Positions 1 to 13,782 of a stretch of DNA of 64,000 nucleotides are shown piece after piece. Numbering within the stretch: position 1 is the first letter of the stretch; each line of letters begins with the position of its first letter. A program made the position numbers and the translations under genes. The DNA comes from Bugula neritina (Eukaryota; Animalia; Bryozoa): NCBI GenBank assembly GCA_964035545.1, contig OZ037770.1, forward strand, positions 13,258,642 through 13,322,641, in the 5' to 3' direction. The notes beneath the pieces were generated by a model, which did no database searches, was not told the DNA's origin, and saw only the letters and a list, made by a program, of their open reading frames with translations.

Positions 1-310
1 TTTCAAGAGAGTCTGGTAAGGAAAAACAGGAAAAACCAGAATTCATATTTTGTCATCACTGCTTTTAGGCAAAGGACTTTGTGAAAATTTCATTAGAGTT
101 GCACTCAACTGTTACACCAAGTTTTACACAAGATGTCGTCCAGATCTAGGTTTATTAGGTGTAGATCAGTCATAGGATATTAAGCAGAAGCTCTTAATAG
201 ACAATAAGCAAATATTTTAGACTTACACAACCCAGCCTCTAAAGTTTAAACCAACACAACCCCTAAACCAGCACACAACAACCTCTAAACCAGCGATATA
301 AGAAACTAAC

Positions 311-3300
311 TTGTCTACGTTGCCAGAAGTCGCCCTTGATGTCCGGGGACTAGACGCTGCAGAGTTTGGAGTTGATTTGGTGGAAGTGGTACTGCTGAGG
401 GACGGCGTTCTCTTCACCGACGGGTTGGCGGCTCCGGCAAGTTTGAAACCTGACAAAACAGCTGCAGTTATAATAAGCTGTGCACACACATTGATCCGTA
501 CTCTAAAGTCATATCTGGTAAATAACTCCAAGCTGGAAACTTTCCAGTGGGAGTTGAGCGCTCATAGCGGTTGCTTTCTTAGCATTACATTATTAATAAT
601 TTCATTTCTATACAAATGTGGTCAGAAGACACTCGGTAAAACTAAATCAATAATTGAGCAAAACTAAGCAAGCCTGAAGAACAGGAGTTTTGAGTAACAA
701 AATGAGAAAAACTTTGATCAAGGTTTGCTGCATATTTATTTAAGAAGTAGTTCCATTGGTGATTACATTCAATTTTAATTCTTTAAAATACTACTGATAT
801 TAAACTTTATCTAATTAGATAAAACATAAATAGAAAAAATTTCTTTTCCTATATTTTATTGACCCTTTTACTTTTTCCCTAGCTTCTTTTTCCAGAAATC
901 TCAATTTGATTACTTATTTTGATGACTCAGTTTGATTACCTGACCATTTTGCACCTCCATTTGCAGAAGAATTGTTTTCAAAAACAGCCCGATTTTTTGC
1001 AATTGTCTCCCCGAGCTTACGTGAACCTCCCTCTGATGAACAAGAACTTTCTCGAGAGAATGACGGTATAGCAGCTGCAAAAATACAAAACTAATAATTA
1101 AGTATTGGTTGCATAGATAATATTATACGTGTCTCTTTACTTTGATGCACAGTTTGACAGTAGAACTTCCCAACTGGTAGAACAAGAGTTACAAAACAAA
1201 CAAGTTTTATGCATGAAGTGACCAACTGTTTACATATTAAGAGCGAATAGAGAAGAATTTCTGTAATCAAAATGTATTATCAACAACTTTTGGGTGAAAG
1301 TTTCAAACCCAAACAAGGCTTAAAATATTCCCATATCAAGGTTCATAAGCTTGAATCATCAAAGACTTTGCCAACCAATCGGCTGCTGGACTTACAATCA
1401 GTTGCAGACGTGGGAGCAGAAACGACGTCTGCTTTAGTTTGCACGTCACTCCGTGTCTTTCTTTCTTGATCTGATTTGAAACTGTTGGTTGTGGTAATTA
1501 TTGGCTCGGAGGCCGGCTTCTTCATGGGTTTCGCTGCGGAAAGATTTTGATAATTAAATCCTTTACAACCAGTCAGTAAAGTCAGTACAAAATCGTATAC
1601 GGTTTTAGTCTTCATACAGGAGTTGTTTTCACATACACGAGTAGCGGTCATATGTGGGAGTTGCTCTCTCACATGCAGGAGTTGCTTTACATGCAGGAGG
1701 GGCAATCACATGAACAACAGGGAACAAGAACACTACATCTCACATAACTACAAATCTAGTGAATTAATCATGTTGTGAAATAACTTTAATATAGAAAATT
1801 TCTTCAAATTTCAATAAATTTTTAGTATGTTTTGTAAAGATTTATTGCAACTTCATAGAACTAGCATAAAAATCACATGCGGAACACCAGGAACTTACCT
1901 ATTTCCTGATTAATAGCTTTTATTTACAACTTCCTGCTTACTGAATATAGTATAAACTATGTTATGTTATAAAAGAGAAAATGAGTTATAAATAACATTG
2001 CAGTATATGGGCCAGTGGGAGTAAAAATTGATTAAATATGCACAAACAATTTAATTTTCAAAGAAAATTGTTAAATACAAGCAGACGATAAAAACAGAAA
2101 GAAGTTCTCACACCTAACACACTTCGGCAAACATTATAAAATTGTTAGTGTTTAAGTTACTAAGCCAAATCTCTAGCAAAAACTTGGAGTTGCCTTTGCT
2201 TGTTACCAAAACATTACAAGACCAATAGAACTAAACTAATATAATATATATGCTTTTCCTTAAGTTATCATAACAGGCACCTTAAAACTTTTATTCTGTA
2301 CACCCTGAACTGTTATCTTTCATACATCTGAATTTTAACATTAACATCACTGAAGTTTGCTCAAAATCCTCTAAACTTTTTACCTTATATTTACCTTATA
2401 GTTTTTACTTGGACGTGGACACAAAACCACTTGGAAAAATAATTTTTTTAAAAAGAAAACTAGCCAGAATGAATATGAAACATAAAACTTTTTACAATAG
2501 TTCTAGTCACAGAATAGGCTTGCCACACCTGAGACACCTGCTACACTTGCCACACCTGCTACACTTGCCACACCTGACACACCTCCTGCACTTGGCACAC
2601 CTGCCATGTCAACTCAAAAACAGCTCTACTCTTGAAATTGCTTGATACACACAAATACAAGACTGCCTTGAAGCAGACTAGGACTATTATTAAAACAATC
2701 TTCGGACTTTAGATAGTAAAACAGTGATAGTCCATCTATTCTCCCAACCAGAATAACACAACTCTTAATTCATGATGAAATTTGGTTACTATAATTGAGA
2801 ACACAACTTCAAATTTGATTGAACTGTTGCAGACGTTAGATTGGTTGAGGCAAGTGATTAACATTTGAAATAATTAAACATTTGATAAGCAATTGATGGT
2901 GCCGGTACAGCATAACTGGACTATATAATGTGACAACATGCATACAACTAACAAGGCTTTGGGAGGAGAAATTTTTTTTGTAACTTGAAGCAAAAGCTTG
3001 AATTTGTGTTGCCATAGAAATGCTGTATGGCAAAAGAGAGCGCAGTGTGATTGTGCAGCTAGAAGAAAGTTGTGAGTGCAAGCTCACGCACTCCGATAGC
3101 CTACGCTACTTACTTGTCTCGAAATCGTGAAGCTGAAAAGAGGTTCGGCTATTTTTGATTGGTTCAAATGACATCCTTTTGTATGTAGGGGCTTTGAAAT
3201 CCAACGAGTAAGATTTCGGCATGACATGCAAATACGCTTGCTCCGTCTTAGATTCATAGAATGATGCAAGTTGTTTTATTTTAGTAGGCGTAGCAACCGC

Positions 3301-6300
3301 ACTGGCAGTACCTTGATTGGTTGGATAGCTCTCACAGTCTAAGTTACTTGTAGCCCTATTGGCTAATGTTTCTGCATTCTCATAAGGCAAGTGATTGTTA
3401 TTTGTTGGATGAAATGGAGACGGGACTGTAGGAGTTATCTCTGGTGATATCAGGATGTCAACATAACTACCTTCGCTATCGCTATTATCTTCTTCACCTA
3501 CAGCAAAGACTTCATCTACCAGTACATGGTCAGTTGGACTCTTAGCCTGTGAGAGATCAATGGAATACATTTTCTGATTGGTTGATGTCTCCCAATTGCC
3601 GTCTGCACACACTTGGACATATTCCCCGTCATCTTCTGCAACATCATCATATTCCCTCTCGCAATCTGTCTCTCTACAAGCCTCGGAGTTAGAATTTGAT
3701 GTCTCGTTGGCGAGCTCACTCACATTGGCTGATTGATTCTCCATGTGAAGAGGATGAATGATGTCATAATGTTCGTCAGCCGAGTCTGCCGCTGTTAGTT
3801 TTTGGGTGCCACACGAGTTCTTCTCATTTTGGGAGACTAGAAACTCTGGATGGACACCTGATTGCTCTTTACTTGAGACATCAATGTCTACTGTTGATTT
3901 GTCTATTTGCTCGACCTCTAGCTGAAGGTCATTACTCGGTTTTGCGGGCTCAGAGCCAATAGCATCTGGTTTGTCATTATTCGACCAATCAGAAAGCCTA
4001 ACCTCATTCAGCTCACTAGATTTTTGTGCTGCAGTAAACAAATGACTTCATTTAAAAATCAAGAAGTTATGAGAAATCGAAAATAAATTTGATTTGATTT
4101 TTCAACTACTACTATAGAATCAAGACTTTAGATATCATTGGAGCAACTCAGGCAAACAGACGTACCCTCATTAGAGGCGGATATAGCCTCGACTTCAATG
4201 TACACATCTGAATCGTCTACAATAACGTAACACTTACCGTATAAACTCCACAGCACTGTTCTTGCCTTTTATTGGATGAAAGAGCAAAATCCACGAAAAG
4301 GAAAAGTTGAAAAAAAATTAAATAATAAAGAATAGCTAACAAGTGATAGTCTATAACAATCATACTGGTGCATATATAAGATAGTGTGGAGCACAGATTA
4401 TTCTGTTACTTATAGTCATTGGTCTGAGTGAAGATAAAACAGCAACTAACCGCTGCCAGACTTCTCATCAACTGCTGCCGGTATGTCGCTGGTGTCAGCT
4501 TGCCCTGGTTCACTCAGCTGTCTGTTTGGTAATGCGGCTGGCTTGTTAGAGGGTACCGACACTTCTTCATAAACCTAGATAAGAACTTAGTTTACATAAC
4601 CAGTGTGTTTACTACTTTCAATGATGTCATGTGAAAAACATACCACTGTCTGGAAGTAGGCAGGGCAATTTAGCGGAAAAGTTGTAAAACATCTGCACAA
4701 AAAAAATGTAGAAAATTTTAAAACTGAATCGAATATTTAGAATATCCAAAGCCAAGTATATAAATGAAGAAAGTTTAAAAAACTTTGTTTGAAAAGTTAC
4801 TACAGACTGTTAGCAACCCATGCGCTTTTCTTAGCATTAAAAACTATTGAATTTTATCTGTGACTAAAATTATATGGGAAAGCTACAATGTGAGTAAAAA
4901 ACTACAGTGTAGAGTCAAGTAGTGAAGCAATTTATTAGCATTTGTGTGTTCAGTGGGGTTGCTCAGCAACAAGGTACATCTAAACAGACAAAGTGAGGTG
5001 TGGTGAACAGGCAAGACAACTCTTACATTTCCCGTATAATGACCCAGAAATAAACCAATCAGAGTACGCGTGTTTCCACGGAGATGTAACTGACAAAGTA
5101 AAATAACAATGGTTTGAGCAGGGGACAAAGTAGCATGCATAGAGGGGGATACAAGGGGCAAATATGTGAGGATACAAGGGTATGGTTAAAATATCCCATC
5201 TACGGAATTGAGAATTCAAGATGACTTGGAGCAATTGACCAATAATATACTATAAAAATATAGACCAATAAGAGCAAACAATAGTATACTGAATATGCCA
5301 TAGGGTACCTATATTGCATTATGTTCAAAACAAAATACATTTAAACAAAATTAAAAGAAGGACTTAGACAATAACTTGGAAATATGATATAGCAAAACAT
5401 GTAAAACAAAATTTTAAAATATTTAGTTTAAGAATATCTCATCAACAGAACATGGATATAAATAGCTCCACAGTATGCTAAGTATTTGTGCTGAATTCAA
5501 AGTTTTGATAGGAATTAACAAGTTACTGCCATAACTTGTGGTTAATTTACGTAAAAACAATTTAGAAGATGTAAACATTGAAAACAGCACATAGAAAGTG
5601 GAGCTATTTTAAAGCCGATAGTTATTACCACGCAGTTCATGTAGACTGAACTAGCATCTCTATAGCGCAGTCTCAACACCCTTTTCTAGAAGAGTGAAGT
5701 AGGAACACTTTGAAATGTGGTTTCTTTAAAAAGAAAGCACTGATAGTTGTCTTTTCTTCACAGGAACACCAGCATATCAAATATCCAATTAATATAATTT
5801 TCATACTTTATAATGCCGAAATAGTTTAGCTTATTGAAAAAATCGGAAAATTCACTCAAAGCCTAAATTTTTTTTCAAGTTTCAAGTGATGAAATAATTT
5901 ATTAAGCGCTCATAATAACCATTTGTAAACTTGATGTAACTCCGGAAAAAGTTTTTTCCTTATTTATATCAGGTTGCTTTGTCCATGAAGAAAAAACAAC
6001 TTTTCAACAGCTATAGGTGATGGAAAAAGTTTAAAGTTAAAGTAACCTCCGAAACAAAAAACTGAAAAGCTGTTTTAATAGTAACAGCTAGTCTAATAAT
6101 TAACATCGGCATCTTTTTTCAAACTTAATATTCCTATAACAGAGCAACATATTATGACCCTAGAAACTCTCAATAGGATAAAGGTAAAAGTGGATATAGC
6201 GCGGGTACCTTGCTAGCTCTATCACCAGTCTCACTAGGGGGCTCATCATAAGGGTCCCCACCACCAGTGCTACTGTTCTCTTCCCTGTCACTAAGATCTG

Positions 6301-9300
6301 CATACTGCCTCTCATCCTAGCAGACAAATAGACAAGCTAGGGTAGCAGCAGACGCCATGGGATAGAGGAGAGAGCACATAAAGAGCACTGAGATCCTTAA
6401 CTAGTCACACAGCATCATTTCACAGTCACACCACGTCACATACAATATAACCTAATTACACAATGTCACATGTACACTATCTCAGTCACGCAACGTCATC
6501 TGATAGTCACACAATGACACATTCATCATTACTTAGTCACACAAATTCATATATTTTTGTACATCATTCCACAGTTCAGTGGCATCAGAAATAGCATGGA
6601 GCTGATACTTTGGTTGAGAGAACTTTCATCTCATGTAATAACTGAATTTTTTGCAAAGACTTTCAGAACAGAATGAATTGATGCTAAAAGATTGAGTTTG
6701 GTAACACTTGATGGAATTTAGAAATATTTATCTTTGAAGTAAAGCCAACACGTCTTGAGTTTAGAATGAAATGAATTTGGTGGCCCAGACTTTTCACGCT
6801 ACGCAATAAGACAAATAGTAAACACGAGTACCCATAAACCGAGCTAACACATAACATAACTTTATAGGAAATAACAACACTAAGTAACATACGTTAAAGC
6901 CAACGTATGAAAGTATGTGACTAGTTAGCATAAGTTTAGCATATATTTATTATTTTAGTGGCACATAAATTACCTTCGAAAAAAGATATATCTGAAATAA
7001 ATTTACTTATATCATAGAATGTTTCACAGTACTGATATACAGTAAATACTGCAGAATGACGTAATTTAGAGTTGTCTTCTTTACCTAACACACGGAGTAC
7101 ACAAAACCCCAATAAAGGTAGATTTAACTTACTTCTGATATTTGGCCTTCTTCGAAAGTGATAGAGGAATTCTCCTAAAGCAAAAATTCAAACATAGTGT
7201 TGTAATAATATAAGACAATATAGTTTTCATTTAAATTTAGCAATGTAAATGATTTTCTAGAGTAGACAGAACTGATAATTATTAGCTGTTTAAAGTTTAA
7301 GCAATGCTTTCACTTTAGAATAGAGCTTCATACTGTAAACAATAACAGCTAAAAACAGATAAACTGCAAATGACTAGAACATGATAGTCTTTAACAACCA
7401 CTCATGCATAGCTAGGTTCTGTAATATAATACAAAGATGGGGCTACAAAAAACAAACCCGCATTTTAAGAGAATGATTATATTACAGAACTCAGTCATTG
7501 GCCTAATTTTTTTTGCTTAAAAGGAGTAGCAAAATTAAAAAAACAATTGAATTATATATTTACTAATTATGTGCAGTAATGACATGAGAAAGAGAAGACA
7601 ACTACAACACGTAACGTGAGCAACAAGACAAAGCACTATACAAACTACTCTCAAATAAACACATTACTAAGCTTTGATAGAAAAGATATTCATCTCATTG
7701 CAAAGCCGAAAAAGTAAAACATACACTTATCATTCACTAATCATGTTACCAGTTTTTAGGGTGAGTGCAACACAACTTTAAACCTCTGGTGTTAGCCAAT
7801 AACTTACACTGTCTTTTAACTTACTTTAAATTAGAACTTACACTAACTTGTATAACATAGACTGCCTAAATATACTCACATTAACCTACATAACTTACAC
7901 TAAACTAGAACTTACACTAAATTAGAACCTACATTGTCTGGTAACAACTTACACTGTCTTTAAAGCCATAATAAATGCTAATTTACAGACCAGTTACTAA
8001 TGACTTACATACTTACTATGCTGTTTATGCTAACTTGAACAAAACTCATACAAGTTTTGCACGTCTCGAAAAGATTACAATAACCAGTAAGAAAAATTAG
8101 ACAAGAGAAAAATACTAAATGAAATCTTTCTAAAACAGATACAATTTTATTACAAAATAAAGAATAGTAAATATGAAAAATACTTTGTTAGGATTTGTGC
8201 AAGGACGGTGTAATAATACAGCAAGTTAAGGGAATAAAACAACTAATGAGTTTATGGAATAATATTATTCAGGTATGTTATAGTATATATGATCACAATT
8301 AGTGCTAGCAGAGATACTCGGGCTAGTCTGGTCACAACTCAGACTATATATACATGGTTCACTAAGGGCGGAGTGGACACACTTGTCGTATATTCCGTCA
8401 TACAACACTAAATATATGTCATCTCGTGACCTAAATCTACACTTAGAAGAGTCTAAAGTTTGATAATGAGTAGTTAAAGTATGTGTTGCACTCGGGGTCA
8501 GTTCTAAACGTCTCTAAAATGCAAGATAATTGGAAGTTATTGGAAATTGAAAAAATTGTTTCTTTTTAAGAAAGAGTGTAAATTCAACTTTAATTCAAAA
8601 ATTACAAGCATTGGAGCTAATAATTAGAAGTCGTTTGCACTTGTGCAAATCTGCAATGCAGAATGGTATTATTTATTTCCAATAATAATTGATGAAAATG
8701 TATTTGTGTATCATTATAGTGCTGAGCTGGTCTTGAGGTTTTGGCATCTCTCAGTTGTTCTTGAATTGTTTGAAGTCAACTTTTATTGACACTGGCACAT
8801 ATGTATTATTCTTGTTATTAAATAGTATTAACAGTAATAATACTGATGAATGTACAGAGCAAATTCCGCATCTTCATTGCATGAAACCTATTCAAGTATT
8901 TTTAAATTTTAAATAACTTTAATATTTCTCTTTCTACTTTTACAACCAGTAAGCTGTTTACACAGAAACATGAGAATATTTAGTGTCTGTACACTAAACA
9001 TAGCTAGGCGGTATTTCTTCTGCCTAGAACTGCTCACCTCTACGCTGGTGGATGGTGCAAGAAGCATGTCTCTATTATCCACATAGGTATAGTCTTCATA
9101 AGAGTTTAGTCTTTCCGGGGCGCTATGTGCCCCTCCCGTACCAACATGCTTCACCAAAGCAGACAACCAATCTCCTTGGTCTATTTTATCCTCGGGCTAA
9201 ACATGTAGAGAGCAAATAACATCTTGGAATAGCTTTAAAAGTAAAAATTAAAATAATTTGTGTTTATACAGTTAATCTAAAATACTAACTTCGATGATGA

Positions 9301-12300
9301 ATGCAGTTTCACCCTGCTTGGCGATAGCAAGGCATAAGGAGTTGTTTCCCTTGCTCGTCGAATCGCCCAACTCACACTCGGTGAGTGACAGGGAGAAATC
9401 TAAGTCAGAAGAGTTGGAGTCGTCTTTGAAACACTCGAATGTTCCATTTCTGATGGCGCAGTATTTGTACTGCCAGGAGTTGTCATTAAGCAACAATGGG
9501 GCGGACAACTTCACAATACCTAGTAAACCCAAGGGAATTCTTTTACTATAGAGTTGTGAAATGTGAAGACTAATTTAGCATGAGGAATAACTTCATGATG
9601 CTAATCCTTACATTGATATAACCCACCTGCTACACTGATCTATCCCACCTGCTATACTGATATATCTCACCTGCTATACTAATATATCCCACCTGCTATA
9701 CTGATATATCCCACCTGCTATACTGACATATCCCACCTGCTATACTGATATCAGGAGAAGCCAGACAATGGCGGTCAAGCAAGGCTCCCTCGGAGATCTC
9801 CAGTTGCTGAGATACGGATCGGCCTTTCTTCTTCCCAAAAGTTTCGGAGAGGAATTTACCAATTTTTCCTTTCTTCTCTCTCTTGCCGTCTGATGACATG
9901 GTGTTGGCGACTTTACGATTCTTCATTGTTGGAGATCCGTTTACTAGTAACAAACAACGGTTTGTCAGTATTTCATCCACAACTGCTTTTGTAAAGGAGG
10001 TAAACTGACACACACTCAGCAACAGTAACTACAGCCTATACACATCATACTAGCGCCAAGACTACTAGAAGAAGATAACTCCCAAAAATATTACCAAGAA
10101 ACAGACTGAGTAGGCTTTATTGAATGATTAAGGCTAGGAGACACACACTAGTTAACTCACTGCAGGCCATCCAAGCTATAACATACAATATAAATAGTCA
10201 ACTAAAAGCTTCGTTAAATTATTCAGGTTTAAAGTTTGATTTTAGGTACAATTGCTAAGAATGTCAAAAATTCTACACTCCAGGCTTATTTTTCAGACAT
10301 TGCTCCGTAGCAGCAAATGAAAACTTTAGCACGTTTTATTTGATAACTTAATTTTGTTCTAAAATTATTAATAGTACTAAAAATCGATTTCTTTTTGCCA
10401 CGAGCTTTCAACAACCTGCCAGTTCATACTTCAAAGTCCTGATATAACTTATATATTAAAATTATTTTATAAAACAATATAACAACTCTAGAGATGACAA
10501 CTTCTAGTTACATGTAATAACGATGCATACAACAAACTCACGTAAGGCATTGTCCATGTAAGTCTCCATGCTACTGATGCTCCCCGTCTAAAACATATTC
10601 AATACACAAAAAGTAGAACAACTCCCAGTTTAATAAAACACTGACCCACACCAAATACACAGTTAAACAAGAAGCCCTAGATTCGTCTGTATAACTTTTT
10701 ATTTTTCATATTTAACAGAACAATCCCTAACAACAATTGAAAATAGGGGTATTAGGGGTGTTAGATGTTACGTCCCCTTTTCAACTTAGTAGGCAGATAT
10801 CTAAACATTAATTTTTCCATACACTGTGCTACTATCGCAATCCTAACTATTACTATTCTAACTTGGGGGGGGGTGACCAGACTCACTCTGTCATTTGATT
10901 GGCTGTTGGCGGCATCGCTAGATACAGCTGAGCACAGTGGCTCTATTTTATTGATCCAAGACTGTATCTCGCTGGCGGAATCTGTCGACAGGAAGTGAGT
11001 CTCGCAGCCGGGATGAGCGAGTCGCAACACGTTAGACCGGCCTTTTTCTTTTTCTTGTAGTATTACATCATATCCTGTAGCAGAAGAGACAACGCGACGT
11101 CAACAAGCTGACAGTGGTACCAGCATATTGAAAATAAAACTTACAAGAATAGCTGATAGCCTAAAAACAGTAAAAACAAACTCATTGTACTTCAAAAACT
11201 TTTTCACATTTTAAAAAAGATATTTATATAATTTGGTTCAAGTTTTACGAAATCATCAAATATTTTAAATTCAGAATCCTAGCATAGTTTCATGCATTTT
11301 TAATCCATGACTAAGACTGTCGAATTACATCAAATCTACGAAACAGTTTAATTGCCAAAAATATGTGATAGAACTCGTTTCTAAGCTAGCCAAATACTTT
11401 ATTTTACATTCCATATAAACTACCACAGAATGGGAGGATTGATTGATTTATTGATTTATTACATATCACAGACATGAAAACACGTTGTGAAATTCAGTGT
11501 AAATACTGGCCATAATAAGTAGTCATGAACAAAAGTGGAAAAATAAAAAAAGTCAGAACTCTGTTAGATTATTTAAAGTATTTTCAAGGTGTTGCAAAAA
11601 TCTATCTTTGCCCCATGCTCCTTTAGATTTAATGATTCTGTATCTTACAGGGAAGATAACTCTTATGTGAGAGCATATAATATATATGTCTCACTCACCC
11701 ACTAGTGGTAGTCCATAGAGAGGTTTACTCTCTCTATCCTTATAGATGTAGAATATACCATCACACAGAGCACAGTATCTGCGAATCCACGAGCCTTTGG
11801 TCTTATGATGCAGATCCCCTTCCTGAGTGACGTTCAGTAACTGCTTGTAGTACCTCTCTAAGATGGACAGCACTTTCTTCTTCTTCTTGGGCTTCAGTCT
11901 TAAAACATTGCCAAAAATTTAAATCAAGAAATAGCCACAAACGACTTGAAAATAGTTTCATTAGCAAAGAGAAAGACATGTTGGATTTGCATCTTTAACA
12001 AAGCTAAGCCATTTGAAGTGCAAACAAAGATTTAAAGCCAGCATGTAAAATAATTGAAACATATTTGTAAAAATGCTATATGTTATAGTTAGAAGCCGAT
12101 TGCATTGTTAATACAATGAAACTAAAAAGTGGTATATTAAAACTAAAAAAATAATACAAAGAAGCAAACAATTATTATATAGAAGCTAAGAAATGATATA
12201 TAAATAATACACTCTATATTATCTAATAGAAGACAGACAGACAGACCTAGCCCGTAGCGATCTGAAATATAGACATATGAATTTGGTGAGAAACGCAATA

Positions 12301-13398
12301 TCTCTACGAATAATGAAGTTGTCTCCACTCATATTTCAACTAAATATACGTAATTATTTAGTTATATAGTTATAAGGATTTAGCTATATAATATATGTAA
12401 AAGTTTCACATGAATACAATATATGAGTCTTAGCTAGGGCAGGCCTAAAGAAGCAACGGAGTTAAAAATGAGGCTCTCTACATACAGAGTATGACTCATG
12501 AGTCGTCTGCACAGAATCTCTCAAATTGAAAGCTGGAAAAGTGGAAAAGTTGATTCAAAATCACTTAACAAATTATTCATCCCTGTTTTTTTTCTTGACA
12601 AAAAATACAAATAAAATTTAAAAAATATGTTTTACTAAACTGATGAGCGAGAATGTTTACTTAATCTTTTTATCCAATCAACTGTAAGTATACAAGTAGT
12701 AGAGTTTTCTACCCAATCAACTGTAAGTATACAAGTAGTAGAGTATTTTATGAATAGTGGGAGGTTTACACAGCAGATGATAACAACATCCACACAGCAC
12801 TTGAAGATATTACTGCACTGCACTACAGTAGATAAAAGTGTGTAGATAAACAAGTGCAACTGACACAACTAAAAATTAGGTCCGCATAAGTTACTTTAAC
12901 TGCTGCCAATGTTACCTCGGTTACAAATTTATGAGTTTATGTCAAATATCAGTAGAAAGTTTGAAAATATTGTAGATGACTTTGTCATTAGAAATCAGAA
13001 ATGGCTACATAGAAAGGACAACTCCAATTGGATTCAAAATTATTACTAATTGCAGAAGGATGCTATTATATATAAATCAAAGCGAGAAAACGAAAAGATT
13101 GAGTTTTAATAATCGCTGATGCCTGGATGTAAGATAGGAATGTATAATCAATCAGTTTAGTTGCTGCAACACCTTAGTTGATGGGGAGATAATCCCTACC
13201 TTGGTAAAGGAATATCAGTTTTAACTTGGCCATCGCATCCAATGTTATTATAATGTTCATCAACATCTGGTTCGTCATATGATTCGTAGGATGTGCTGCT
13301 GTCACCATCTGTGAATAGAGTAGAAGTGGATTCACTAGAAAATTCTACCAGATAAACTTCTATTAGTATCAATGCTAGTAGTAGTACTGATACTACTT

Positions 13399-13480
<82 letters not shown>

Positions 13481-13499
13481 CAGTAGCAGTGGTAGTAGC

Positions 13500-13543
<44 letters not shown>

Positions 13544-13659
13544 CAGTAGTAGTGGTAGTGGTAGTAGTAGTGGTAGTGGTAGTGGTAGTGGTAGTAGTAG
13601 TGGTAGTGGTAGTGGTGGTGGTGGTGGTAGTGGTGGTAGTGGTAGTAGTAGTGGTAGTT

Positions 13660-13695
<36 letters not shown>

Positions 13696-13708
13696 GTAGC
13701 AGTAGTAT

Positions 13709-13782
<74 letters not shown>

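Noticed and set aside
4217-4270. Strong GTAAGT donor (minus strand) 22 nt upstream of the 4216 acceptor, suggesting a mutually exclusive exon
   Set aside because: No convincing acceptor giving a sensible exon; could be chance.
8383-8407. 25-nt candidate microexon reading LYDGIYD
   Set aside because: Phase is incompatible with the flanking phase-0 exons and the splice sites are weak.
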